Virus record (IMG/VR): IMGVR_UViG_3300032335_000272
Coordinates: 1-26,986 of that record
Origin: a virus
Taxonomy: Duplodnaviria; Caudoviricetes
Direction: 5' to 3' (one strand)
Length of the DNA stretch: 26,986 bases
Each line of letters opens with the position of its first letter. Position 1 is the stretch's first letter. This document shows, piece by piece, positions 8,257 to 17,486 of the stretch. A program made the position numbers and the translations under genes. Below the pieces are notes generated by a model. It saw only the letters and a list, made by a program, of their open reading frames with translations, was not told the origin of the DNA and did no database searches.

Positions 8257-11122
8257 GTTTAATTACTCCGCTTAAATCCGTTTTGAACTCATAGACATAG
8301 ACACTTGCTATGCCTGCCGCGGCCTTCCACCCCGTACCAAGGCGTACCTTTTTATCGGTACTAACTAGAACACCGCTGTTCTTAAGCGCTTCCTCAAAAG
8401 CTTTGACACCCGCCTGACCTTTGGCAAGGAACTCTTTAAGTGGGGTCTTAGCAATCTGCAGTATCCCTAGATCAGCATCCGCTCGCATGATCAACGCATT
8501 GCGCGGTTCCATTACAACTTTGTTATCACGGAAAGCCAACATACTTGGCAGGTTTTGATTTAAGAATTCACCAAGCATATTCTCGTAGTCGATGCCGCGA
8601 GTTGTGTTTTGTTTGATGATCTTGCGAGTCTCAACTACCATGTACTGATATACACGTTCAATGTCGATCTTGATAACACCTTCTTCTACGGCAATTTCTC
8701 CGGCAGCAAACACAGCCGAATATGAACTGTTGATAAAACGATACTCGCTTGAGTTAGTCAGGTCTGCGGTTAGGCGTAGTCTCCAACGGTTAATGCGTTC
8801 ACGAATTTCTTCTTCGGGGATGTTGAGAAGGGCGGCAATGAAGCGTGGGCCTGCATGACCGTAGTGAAAGTGAAACGGCTCAAACATCTCTATGCCGCGT
8901 GCATCATCTAACTCAAAGCCGGGAACCATAGGCTTCTCAACTGTGAACTCCAAGTAGCGTACTTCTTCTGCGCCCACGTTCTTCTTGTACTGAGCAATCT
9001 TCTCCCGTGCAGATTGGTTCATGTTAACCATAGACAATAAACAAGACATAAGCGATAGAGGGCGCTCGGCGTTTGTTGATGATTGCAACCTGATCTTGCC
9101 TCGACCTGCGCATAGCGCATAGATTAATTTAGACAGTGACTCACCTGTAGCATTAGAGAACTCATCCAAACCAAACATGTGATTCTTAAAAGTCAGCATG
9201 CGTTGAATCAAACCAGCGTCCGTTGCTTCCATGACTGCGAGAGGTTTAGGCTCGCCATAGACACTTAAACCAGCGTACAACGCACCTGATTTGCCAACGC
9301 CTGTATCACCGAGCAAACCTACAACTGCGCCATGTACGTTTGTGTACTTGAGCAGGGGTGAGCCTAAAGCATATAACAATGCAAACGCATGGAACTCATA
9401 GCCCGGATCGTTCAACATGTCAGCCGCTTTGCGCCAGCCTTCGTACGTACCCTTAGTTCTGAGTAGATTAACAATCGGTTTAGACAATGGTGATGGAGGG
9501 CATTCGCTAACCTTTCCATTTGGGTGATACTCTTTTTCACCAAGCACATAGCCTGTCTCTGTCCAACCTTGCTGGATGCGCATGGTCTGAGCAGAGTCTG
9601 TCTCGATCATATAGTTGCCCCATTTGGTTATGTATGTCATTAGTAATTGCACTTTCGTTGGGTTGTCGAAAAACACGCCATTGCTGGACATGATCTTTTT
9701 AAATTCCTCTTGTGCCGATACAGACTTCATCGGCAACATAAACTCCCTTGCACCGTCGCGCGGCAATACAAGCCTCATGTTTAAACATTCGCCGTCGTAT
9801 GGACTGAACAAACGCTTTGTTGGGTAGAGGTCGTACTTAGTTAGCAGGATTGGGTCATGCTCTGTGATTGATCCATCCTTGTTTGTTTTAGTTGGTGGCT
9901 GGTAATAGATACCGCCATGCACACCTTTAACAAACGGCTTTAGGAAGTCCGGTAGGTGGAGAGGTGCGTCTTTCGGAATCTCCCGAATTGGCTCCGCTTC
10001 ATCGGTGGCGTCTTGCGTTGGTTCGGGTTGGACTGGGGCTTTGGCGATAAGGAATGTTTTTCCAAGGGCGTATGGTGATCTAAACTTTCCTTTGAATTGG
10101 CATCCCTCACATCCTTTTGGATTCTTGTGTTTGAATCTGTCTTCAATAACAGTGCAGGTATGCGTTCCTTCGATTGCTTTGCGTATCTCATTGCGCTTTC
10201 TTTCCGTTTCTTCGTATGTATATTTTTTATACCCCTTGGATGCTTCGTGTGTTGCTTCATCGGCGTCGACACAAGCTTCGGCAATGGTTAGCACTGAGTG
10301 CCACATAGGTTCATCAGCATTGTTTTGATGCATCAAATACCATTTAAGTTGATTACATCCCTTACCTTCTAAGCTATCAATAGCAATCTTGTTAAAGCGA
10401 AACTCGTAGTTGTCCATGCCAAGCATCTTGCGAGTCTCGTCATCGATTCCTTTCTGAACGCTCTTTAAACTAAACACACTGTCATCCGGGGCCGCATCGA
10501 TCTGAACACTATCTAATAGCGCAGTCAGTTCCTCAAACGGATACGTAATCAAGTCACTGAGCAAAGCGGTTGGTAAAGGCGGAACATTGGGGCGCTTATC
10601 CTTGCCCCAGTTCAACGTGTCAGGGCAACGAATCAATCGTGCCGCATCTGCCGGAACACCGGTGTCAATCTCAAACCCAAGGTCAAGCGCAAGCTTTTTA
10701 AATTTCTCGGCATGGGGTTTCCAAACTGATGTAGCAACTTGTTCGTCAAAGATCCAATACGCATACAACCCTCTCCCAGAGTTGAGACGCACAGGTTCAG
10801 GAAACCCTGAGTCCTTGATGAACTTATCGAGAGCCAACATGCCATCCTCTTGGGTGGCATACGGCTTGTCTTCTCCACAATCAATGTCCAAGAAAAAGGA
10901 CTTGATGTAGATACTGTTTACTGCTTGTCGGCTGAATCCTTCAAACGTGCTAGGTGTGAAGTATGTATTCATGCCTTTTTGAGAGTTGAAATAATCAATC
11001 AGCTCAAGAACTTCGTCTACTGTTTCGCAATAGCGAGGAATGATCTTCCCCTGCATATTGATCCCTGCCACGCAGTAGTAGCCCTGCGTAGGCGATATTG
11101 TTTCGTAAAATTGTTTAGTCAT
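8192..11122 (-). CDS. Primase-helicase fusion: AEP/RepB-like primase, Cys cluster and DUF927 (Cch-like) helicase
   Basis: FFLDIDCG (DxD), NSGRGLYAYW, DAARLIRCPDTLN, HTC...CEGC, Walker A GDTGVGKS, Walker B FGLDE. Start moved to ATG 11122 (MTKQFY) because the longer TTG-started ORF runs through a GC hairpin. Confidence 0.8.
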   Translation of the reverse strand: MTKQFYETISPTQGYYCVAGINMQGKIIPRYCETVDEVLELIDYFNSQKGMNTYFTPSTFEGFSRQAVNSIYIKSFFLDIDCGEDKPYATQEDGMLALDKFIKDSGFPEPVRLNSGRGLYAYWIFDEQVATSVWKPHAEKFKKLALDLGFEIDTGVPADAARLIRCPDTLNWGKDKRPNVPPLPTALLSDLITYPFEELTALLDSVQIDAAPDDSVFSLKSVQKGIDDETRKMLGMDNYEFRFNKIAIDSLEGKGCNQLKWYLMHQNNADEPMWHSVLTIAEACVDADEATHEASKGYKKYTYEETERKRNEIRKAIEGTHTCTVIEDRFKHKNPKGCEGCQFKGKFRSPYALGKTFLIAKAPVQPEPTQDATDEAEPIREIPKDAPLHLPDFLKPFVKGVHGGIYYQPPTKTNKDGSITEHDPILLTKYDLYPTKRLFSPYDGECLNMRLVLPRDGAREFMLPMKSVSAQEEFKKIMSSNGVFFDNPTKVQLLMTYITKWGNYMIETDSAQTMRIQQGWTETGYVLGEKEYHPNGKVSECPPSPLSKPIVNLLRTKGTYEGWRKAADMLNDPGYEFHAFALLYALGSPLLKYTNVHGAVVGLLGDTGVGKSGALYAGLSVYGEPKPLAVMEATDAGLIQRMLTFKNHMFGLDEFSNATGESLSKLIYALCAGRGKIRLQSSTNAERPLSLMSCLLSMVNMNQSAREKIAQYKKNVGAEEVRYLEFTVEKPMVPGFELDDARGIEMFEPFHFHYGHAGPRFIAALLNIPEEEIRERINRWRLRLTADLTNSSEYRFINSSYSAVFAAGEIAVEEGVIKIDIERVYQYMVVETRKIIKQNTTRGIDYENMLGEFLNQNLPSMLAFRDNKVVMEPRNALIMRADADLGILQIAKTPLKEFLAKGQAGVKAFEEALKNSGVLVSTDKKVRLGTGWKAAAGIASVYVYEFKTDLSGVIKHVEEEPTGGNATGRTGVDLSV

Positions 11123-11141
11123 TGGATCGCAGAGACAATTA

Positions 11142-11161
11142 GGGCGGGAACTAGCCCGCCC
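11142..11161 (-). terminator. GC-rich hairpin, possible weak terminator/attenuator upstream of the primase
   Basis: GGGCGGG-CTAGTT-CCCGCCC on the - strand (7-bp perfect stem), intergenic, followed by TAATTGTCTCT (poor U-tract). Confidence 0.5.
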
Positions 11162-11172
11162 AACTAGCAAAC

Positions 11173-11490
11173 TTATTTGCTTTTGAATGTCTTACGAACT
11201 TGGGCTAGATAGACTTTTGCTTTCTTAAGATTAACTGCTGGCAGAATCCCCGTCTTAATGTCTTCCTCGACCTTATTCATAAATCGTTCAATAGCGCCAT
11301 GTCTGGCACTACGGATCGGGTTACCACGAAACCAACTGTGTATCGTCATGCGTGATACACCGAAGACAGGGGCAAGGTGTTGAGTAGGTAAGTTTGCTCT
11401 TACACAAACACGCGCTAACTCAGTACCAAGCCGACCATCTAATTCGTTGTCAAGGGCTTGCAGTAATTCCAATCCGTAGGGTCGCGCCAT
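11173..11490 (-). CDS. Helix-turn-helix DNA-binding protein (XRE/Cro-like)
   Basis: LPTQHLAPVFGVSRMTIHSWFRG fits an HTH. Start placed at ATG 11490 (MARPYG), 1 nt after the upstream stop. Confidence 0.7.
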   Translation of the reverse strand: MARPYGLELLQALDNELDGRLGTELARVCVRANLPTQHLAPVFGVSRMTIHSWFRGNPIRSARHGAIERFMNKVEEDIKTGILPAVNLKKAKVYLAQVRKTFKSK

Positions 11491-11491
11491 A

Positions 11492-12331
11492 TTATTTTTT
11501 AGTCCACTTTTTGATGATCTCTGTTGCATCCTCAACGGGTTCAACAGCGGCCTTCTTCACGCTCTCGCGCTTCACGGGTTCAGCTAAAGCAGGTGCTTCA
11601 ATTTCATCGGGTGAGTCAGCTTGGAACACTGTTAGTTTGATAGCGTTTTCTGCCGCCATGCTTTTGCTCTGCTTCATGATTGTGTCTTTCAACTCAGGCG
11701 GTACTGCTTGAGCAGGAGAGAACAACACGCGAGGCACAGGAGCCTTGATATCAAATTGCATCTTGGTAATGATCTTACCTGCACTCACGTTGTTGTTAGC
11801 CAACATTTGAATGAAGGGACGGAAAGGCCATCTGCCGTTTTCCTCTTTACCAAACGCGCTCATCGCTGGCAACACCAATTGATACACATCGCCTGCGGGG
11901 TCGTTAGGCAATACCACGGCAGTGCGCCATGACAACTTGCACTTAGTTCCGTTACCGCCCTGACCGCTACCCTTAACAGAGTTAGGGCAGTTGTCGCACG
12001 AAGCCGCTGCCGGCGTTGGTACAGATGGGTCAGGCTTCTTAGAGTCACTAGACCAGCAAGAAGGTGAAGTCTTCTCGCCCTCACGATATGCGCCTTCGTA
12101 ACAAGTACGTGACGCTTCGTGTGCCATCTTTACAAAGATGACGTTCATCCAATTCTCTTCGTTGACGCTGACTTCCTTGCCGCCAACGATTTTGCGGAAC
12201 ACTCGTCCCTTGATCGAAATGCGCTTAGAGCCTTTCGTTGCACCGCCTGCTACAGCAAGTGTATCTTCGTCAAGCCCCTGTTCAATAAGGGCTGGGTTAT
12301 TCTCAAAAAAGTTTGCGAGTTCGTTACTCAT
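11492..12331 (-). CDS. Putative single-stranded DNA-binding / replication protein with a Cys cluster
   Basis: 279 aa with RISIKGRVFR, CWSSD...CDNCP...C and a charged flexible tail. Lies between helicase and primase. The function is inferred from family resemblance and context. Confidence 0.55.
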   Translation of the reverse strand: MSNELANFFENNPALIEQGLDEDTLAVAGGATKGSKRISIKGRVFRKIVGGKEVSVNEENWMNVIFVKMAHEASRTCYEGAYREGEKTSPSCWSSDSKKPDPSVPTPAAASCDNCPNSVKGSGQGGNGTKCKLSWRTAVVLPNDPAGDVYQLVLPAMSAFGKEENGRWPFRPFIQMLANNNVSAGKIITKMQFDIKAPVPRVLFSPAQAVPPELKDTIMKQSKSMAAENAIKLTVFQADSPDEIEAPALAEPVKRESVKKAAVEPVEDATEIIKKWTKK

Positions 12332-12363
12332 TTGTTTCTCCGACTGTTTTAAAACTGATTTAA

Positions 12364-12765
12364 TTAAACGCGCTCAGTGGCTTTACGTACTGTAATAGCC
12401 ATCTCACGCATGGCATTCACTCCGGGCGGTAGACCATCGTCCTTATGCTCAGACATGAATTCTTTGAAGTTCTTTTGATGGATGCGACGCTCAAACAAAT
12501 CGACTGCACCGTGCGCAAGAACAAATTCTTTAAAGTTGTCCCAATCTGTACAGAAGAAACGTTCTTTGACTGAACGCATGACTGTGCCGTGTTGGGTGCG
12601 GATGCTGTCCGCATTGACTTCACTACAAGCTTGTAGCATTACCTTCTCTAGACCTTCCATGTCACCTTTGAGGGCTTCATCTTGTTGTTCAAATAATGCC
12701 TTGAGTTTTTCACGTTCGTTGCGAATTGTCAAGTATGCTTTTACTAATTCTTCCATGTTAACCAT
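12364..12765 (-). CDS. Hypothetical replication-module protein (N-terminal coiled coil)
   Basis: 133 aa from ATG 12765, overlapping the helicase stop. LVKAYLTIRNER...SIRTQHGTV...DWDNF...LFERRI...PPGVN. Confidence 0.65.
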   Translation of the reverse strand: MVNMEELVKAYLTIRNEREKLKALFEQQDEALKGDMEGLEKVMLQACSEVNADSIRTQHGTVMRSVKERFFCTDWDNFKEFVLAHGAVDLFERRIHQKNFKEFMSEHKDDGLPPGVNAMREMAITVRKATERV

Positions 12766-14335
12766 TGTCTTCAATCTCCAATTCAAATTTATACAGATCA
12801 ACTAATTTATCGTGCAAGTCAACTTTATTTTGCAACATCTCAAAAACTTTGCGCTCAACTTCTGAGCCTTGAAGATGTACAACCGTCATTTTGTTTTGCT
12901 GACCGTAACGATCCATTCGTGCAATGCACTGCAAATATGTTTCCACTGACATAACGGGCGACCAAAACACAACTGTGTTAGCCGCGGTAAGTGTTACGCC
13001 ATGTGATGCCGCTTGTGGTTGAATGATTAGCACACGCGGGTCTGTTGCTGTCTGAAACCTATTAAAGATTTCACTGCGCTCTCGCGCTGATACGCTTCCT
13101 GAAATGATTTCGTTTGTGTATCCCTCCTGAGTTAAAAAATTACTAACGACTACAATTGTGTGTCGATACGGCACGAACACAATCACCTTATGCTTGGTCT
13201 CTTCTACAACTTCTTTCAATGCTTGCTTACGCGATGAGATATCAAACTCAACAACTTCACCGCTATCGGTGTAGACTGCGCCACCCGAGATCTGCAATAG
13301 CTTCGTAAGGCTTGCCGCGGCATTGACTGTGCTGATCTGCTCTCCTGCCGCTTTGATCAGCATATCCTTCTTCAAGTCACGATAAAACTTTTGTGCTTGA
13401 GGTGTCAGGGGGACTTCCCTAATTTGGTAAACAACATCAGGTAAGTCAAGGCACTGCGCTTTCTCAAAGCGGATAGCGGGCTGAAGTGCATTAAAAACTG
13501 CGTCGCGTGCAGTACTCTTTGGCAACCACTTGAACCGAGTCACTTGTTGCATGACTTTATCGCGCCACGCCGTTACGAATTTAGGTACACCGCTTGGATT
13601 GACCAGTCGGGCTAAACCGAATGCGTCAAGCGGAGACTGCGAGGCAGGCGTACCTGTCATCATCCACAGGTATGTATCCATCTTTAGGATGCGAGCGAGA
13701 ATCTTCCAGCGTTGTGTTGACGTTGTTTTGTACGCGTTAGCTTCATCAATGATGATGAGGTCAAAGTTACCCTCTGAGATTTCTTTCTGCACTACACCCA
13801 CGCCATCGTAATTAATTACAACGAAGTCGTAGCCACCCTCAATAACTTTTTTACGTTTGCTTGCAGAGCCATGCGCTACGCCACATGTGCGGTGCATTGC
13901 TGTCTTGAACAGATCGGCTTGCCACGCAGAAAACATAATGGAAAGAGGACAGATCACCAGCACTCTGCGGATGATGCCTTTGTTCATTAGGTAGTCAGCC
14001 GCCCATATCGCGGCAGATGTTTTGCCTGTACCTGCTTCGTTAAAACAGAATGCGCGTCTGCGCAGAGAAAGAAACTCTGATGTTTCTTTTTGGTGAACGA
14101 AAGGTTGAAACAAACCCGGCCAGTTGTATTCCTTGAGTATCGGTGAGGGAACTTTTACATCACGCGGTACGAGAGTAGCAAGGCGCTCCATCTCGGGCAG
14201 TTCCCAATTAACTAACACTTCAGACAATCCTGATTCAGTGTTTAGAATCTCACTCTTCTCGATACACTTGCAGATGAACTCAGCCTCTTCAGTCGGGGCT
14301 TTGAATTTTACTGCGCTATCTAAAACTACTTGCAT
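12758..14335 (-). CDS. SNF2-like superfamily 2 helicase
   Basis: Motif I FNEAGTGKT, Ia VICPLS, II IIIDEAN, III MTGTP, V QPQAASHGVTLT, VI QCIARMDRYGQ. RBS AAGGA upstream. Confidence 0.9.
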   Translation of the reverse strand: MQVVLDSAVKFKAPTEEAEFICKCIEKSEILNTESGLSEVLVNWELPEMERLATLVPRDVKVPSPILKEYNWPGLFQPFVHQKETSEFLSLRRRAFCFNEAGTGKTSAAIWAADYLMNKGIIRRVLVICPLSIMFSAWQADLFKTAMHRTCGVAHGSASKRKKVIEGGYDFVVINYDGVGVVQKEISEGNFDLIIIDEANAYKTTSTQRWKILARILKMDTYLWMMTGTPASQSPLDAFGLARLVNPSGVPKFVTAWRDKVMQQVTRFKWLPKSTARDAVFNALQPAIRFEKAQCLDLPDVVYQIREVPLTPQAQKFYRDLKKDMLIKAAGEQISTVNAAASLTKLLQISGGAVYTDSGEVVEFDISSRKQALKEVVEETKHKVIVFVPYRHTIVVVSNFLTQEGYTNEIISGSVSARERSEIFNRFQTATDPRVLIIQPQAASHGVTLTAANTVVFWSPVMSVETYLQCIARMDRYGQQNKMTVVHLQGSEVERKVFEMLQNKVDLHDKLVDLYKFELEIEDNG

Positions 14336-14357
14336 ACTATCCTTGAACTAAATTGTT

Positions 14358-14482
14358 GGTGTCAAGCCTGACGCATCTGAAAGTCTGCGGGGAGTCCGCG
14401 ATGCCGCTTGACTGACGAAGTTATAAGGGTCAAAATGCTTTAAAACCCCCCTTGTGACTCACCCTCGCCTTACAGTCACACC
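14358..14482 (-). ncRNA. Candidate structured RNA / 5' leader of the helicase operon
   Basis: Non-coding gap of 174 bp in an otherwise gene-dense arm. Nested inverted repeats GTCAAGC/GCTTGAC, GCATC/GATGC, GCGG/CCGC, TGTGACT/AGTCACA and terminal GGTGT/ACACC. Begins right after a consensus promoter. Confidence 0.5.
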
Positions 14483-14485
14483 TAA

Positions 14486-14513
14486 AGTATATGGGCAATA
14501 ATTAGTTTGTCAA
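14486..14513 (-). promoter_or_regulatory. Sigma70-type promoter
   Basis: TTGACA (14513-14508), 16-bp spacer, TATACT (14491-14486). The -35 overlaps the TGA stop of the HNH-like gene. Confidence 0.7.
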
Positions 14514-14824
14514 GTTCTCTTTCGTTCTTTTTTGCTTGTTTCTGATACGAGGTTTCCCTTAGAGTCGCGTTTAAATGAACGATTCTTCGCCACGCTTTGA
14601 ATGCGCAATCCATCTTTGTTTGAACCGCCTTTGTCTAACGCTCTAACGTGCGACACATCTTTGCCCTCACGTCGATCAGCTTTGCCATTGCCGTTAGCAT
14701 CTTCTCCGGTCTTGTCGATTGAACGACGACCACGCTGACGTTCCATGCGACGCTCATGTTCGCCACGAGCAACTTGTTGCTCATACTCTTTCTTGTAGGG
14801 TCTAGGCTTGTTGACGTATGCCAT
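14510..14824 (-). CDS. HNH endonuclease-like protein
   Basis: 104 aa, basic. GKDVSHVRALDKGGSN...LRIQSVAKNRS matches small phage HNH proteins (DVSH in place of DVDH/DVHH). Confidence 0.7.
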   Translation of the reverse strand: MAYVNKPRPYKKEYEQQVARGEHERRMERQRGRRSIDKTGEDANGNGKADRREGKDVSHVRALDKGGSNKDGLRIQSVAKNRSFKRDSKGNLVSETSKKERKRT

Positions 14825-14837
14825 ATGTATCCTTTAA

Positions 14838-15497
14838 TTATTTACCTTTGTAGTGAGTGCAGTCAGACACTGGACACCAACCGCAGAGTGGTGTAGGGTT
14901 CTCTTGCCACACGCCATTCTCATACGAGAGTTGCAGGCGTTTTAGTTGGGGCGCAAAGTCATCCCAGTACTTGTCAATTCTCTCACGCTGATATTCAGAA
15001 GTCACGAAATCGTTGTGAGCAACAAACAGAAGCCCTGCCTTGAAATGCGTGACCTCGGGGAAATACTCAAACCCCATCAACGCCATGAGTTGAAGCTGTT
15101 TGGGATCGGGGTACTTGTTGCTTCCGGTTTTATAGTCAACGATATAGCCTTGATCACCGTCGACCACCATCAAGTCGGCAATGCCACGCACCCAGTAATC
15201 CTTTGCGCCAAAAGTACAGGGTTGTCTGTTTATGGTCAGTGCCATGCGGTACTCAGGGTACTTGACGCCTTCCATGTCGCGCAGTGGGTCTAGCTGTTTA
15301 CCAAAGTGTTCGTAGTTTTTAGCTAGGGGTTTACCCTCCTTCACGTAGTCTTCTAGCGCACTATGAACTTGAGTCCCATAACGCATCTCGACTGTAGCTT
15401 TCTTCTCGTAACGCTTGAGGACTTTAACCTCGTTGTACTGCCGTGGGCAGTTAACAAAGTCCTTGAGACCCGAATAAGACCATTTAATTTCTTGCAT
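14838..15497 (-). CDS. PD-(D/E)XK exonuclease, Cas4/RecB-like
   Basis: WSYS...CP, GTQVH, RGIADL, IVDYKTG, QLQLMA and C-terminal CGWCP...C (1+3 Cys arrangement typical of Fe-S nucleases). Confidence 0.85.
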   Translation of the reverse strand: MQEIKWSYSGLKDFVNCPRQYNEVKVLKRYEKKATVEMRYGTQVHSALEDYVKEGKPLAKNYEHFGKQLDPLRDMEGVKYPEYRMALTINRQPCTFGAKDYWVRGIADLMVVDGDQGYIVDYKTGSNKYPDPKQLQLMALMGFEYFPEVTHFKAGLLFVAHNDFVTSEYQRERIDKYWDDFAPQLKRLQLSYENGVWQENPTPLCGWCPVSDCTHYKGK

Positions 15498-15533
15498 ACT
15501 GAATCCTTACTAAAGTTTTTAGAGAGCTAAATA

Positions 15534-17432
15534 TTAACAGTCTCCGTACCTTTCTGCAAATTCAGCTTCACACGCAACGGGCAGTCCACTCGCCCACGCT
15601 GGAGGCGTAGACATGAGACCAGTTATTATCTCTACCGCCTTCTCTGCCTCGTCTTCCGGTACGACGACAACTGCCGCGTCATGTACAGTCAGCACAACCT
15701 GATAGTGCTTGTTTATCTGAACCATCTGCTCACCCACGATGATCCTTGCTAGGGCTTGCACCACGTTCTCTACAAACGTGCCACCCCAAATAGATACAGA
15801 ACCCTTGCGAGAGTCATAGACAGTCCGGCTCTTAGTTATGTCAGCTTCATCCTCTACCTCGGACACAATAGTCTCATCTTCCTTGCGTAGATTCTTATAG
15901 CGGATACCTAAACCATTGGGTAAGGTAATCCCGTCCTCGTCTACTAAAACGCACTTGTGTTCACCAAAGTACAGACTAGTATCTTCCTCAAAAGTTTTAG
16001 CAATCATCTTATTAAGAACTGTGTCGCCTTCCTTCCACAAGTTCTTGATGTCCGGATAAGTCTCGCGGTAGACGTCAATGATTGTTGAACCCTCCGACTC
16101 GGTAAGGGTACGCCCCATACCCTTGAGTTGCATCACAAACTTCTTACCACCCATGCCATACCCTGCGCCAAGAATCGTAGTCTTGCCCACAAACCTCTCA
16201 TCCTTGCTTATCTCTTCTACGGGTTTCTTATAGATCTTTGATGCCATGATCTTGTACACGTCCTCTTTGTCTGCGAACGCTTTTACTAGATCAGTCTGTC
16301 CTGATAGCCAAGCCAGCACTCTAGCCTCAATCTGAGAAGAGTCACAGTTGATAACGACGTAACCTTCTGGCGCTCTTACCGCACGTTTGAGGGCTTTCTT
16401 CTTGGGGTCACGGCTAGGTAGATTCTGAAAGTTAACCTTGTCGTAGCCTGCCCACCGCCCTGTATGCGCGCCATAGTACTTTAGAGGTATAGGCAATGCG
16501 CCCTTGTTGCGGATGCCAATGTCAATGAACCGCTGAATGCGTGACTCTTCCATCGTTGACTTCGTACCAAGGCGCACAGCACAGAGGTGTTGAATGAATG
16601 TGTCCTCATGCTCGATCAACTCAATGAACTCGGGGTCACCTTTGGCAAGGGCTAGCGTGGGCTTTCCGGTTGTCTTGCTAGTCTTCATCTTAGGCTCAAC
16701 ACCGAACGACCGCAGTACATCAGCAAACTGTTTACCACTAGACAGTTTCTTGCGCACTGCCTCTTCATCCTCACACTCCATGCTCTCCTTGAGAGACGCC
16801 AGCAGTTCGTTCTTTTCTTTCTTCAATGACTCTAATCGCTCATGTAGTAGAGGCTCATCAAGAATGAGCTTGGGATGTGTGAACATCCGTATTGTCATAT
16901 CTATCAGTTGTAACTCACTCGCGGGGAATTTAGTTGCAAGCCTTGTGAAAAGGTCGAAGGTTAACTGCACGTCATTCTTACAGTACTCACCATATTGCGC
17001 CAAGTCCTCGGGCGTAAAGTCAATCAGGTACTTGCCGATCGCATCAACAACCTCAGTACCCTTCTTACCTATCTCATACCTCTCAGCCAAAGCCGCCAGA
17101 GAACCGCCGGCCTCTACGCCATGAACCGCCCTTGCCATGCACAAGGTATCAAGGTAGAACTTGGGCGAGATACCAAAGAACCATTTAAGAATCGCACCAT
17201 CAAACATAGTGTTATGACAAAGCAACGTACTGTTGCGCCAGTCAAAGGACAGCAGTGTCTTACGCAATGCCTCTCGGTTGCCTGAGTACCACATAGGCTT
17301 GCCATCATCAACTTTAACGGCAACACCAATCACCTCAAACTCGTTCGAGCGAATGTATTCTTCTGTAGGGAATCGGGTCAGGCTGAAAGACTTTGAGTAA
17401 AACGTCTCGAAATCAAGTGTAATTAAGGACAA
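15534..17432 (-). CDS. polA: DNA polymerase family A with 3'-5' exonuclease and no 5'-3' exonuclease domain
   Basis: ExoI LDFET, ExoII HNTMFD, ExoIII YCKND, HTGRW, NFQNLP, motif A DSSQIEARVLA, motif B RFVGKTTILGAGYG, motif C TVHDA. Start placed at TTG 17432, 6 nt after GGAG. Confidence 0.93.
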   Translation of the reverse strand: MSLITLDFETFYSKSFSLTRFPTEEYIRSNEFEVIGVAVKVDDGKPMWYSGNREALRKTLLSFDWRNSTLLCHNTMFDGAILKWFFGISPKFYLDTLCMARAVHGVEAGGSLAALAERYEIGKKGTEVVDAIGKYLIDFTPEDLAQYGEYCKNDVQLTFDLFTRLATKFPASELQLIDMTIRMFTHPKLILDEPLLHERLESLKKEKNELLASLKESMECEDEEAVRKKLSSGKQFADVLRSFGVEPKMKTSKTTGKPTLALAKGDPEFIELIEHEDTFIQHLCAVRLGTKSTMEESRIQRFIDIGIRNKGALPIPLKYYGAHTGRWAGYDKVNFQNLPSRDPKKKALKRAVRAPEGYVVINCDSSQIEARVLAWLSGQTDLVKAFADKEDVYKIMASKIYKKPVEEISKDERFVGKTTILGAGYGMGGKKFVMQLKGMGRTLTESEGSTIIDVYRETYPDIKNLWKEGDTVLNKMIAKTFEEDTSLYFGEHKCVLVDEDGITLPNGLGIRYKNLRKEDETIVSEVEDEADITKSRTVYDSRKGSVSIWGGTFVENVVQALARIIVGEQMVQINKHYQVVLTVHDAAVVVVPEDEAEKAVEIITGLMSTPPAWASGLPVACEAEFAERYGDC

Positions 17433-17442
17433 AGCGAACTCC

Positions 17443-17468
17443 AAAAAAAGCAGGGGCTAGCCCCTGCT
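17443..17468 (-). terminator. Rho-independent terminator
   Basis: Perfect 20-bp palindrome AGCAGGGGCTAGCCCCTGCT (17449-17468) running into a T7 tract on the - strand, just after the DUF3310 stop. Confidence 0.85.
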
Positions 17469-17486
17469 GTGTGTGAAAGGATGATA

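Noticed and set aside
14412-14460. CTGACGA resembling a hammerhead ribozyme core
   Set aside because: No GAAA follows the adjacent stem and the three-stem core could not be built; kept only as a generic structured RNA candidate.
14838-15497. Cas4-like gene as evidence of CRISPR-Cas
   Set aside because: No repeat-spacer array or other cas genes; stand-alone Cas4-like nucleases are common in phage replication modules.
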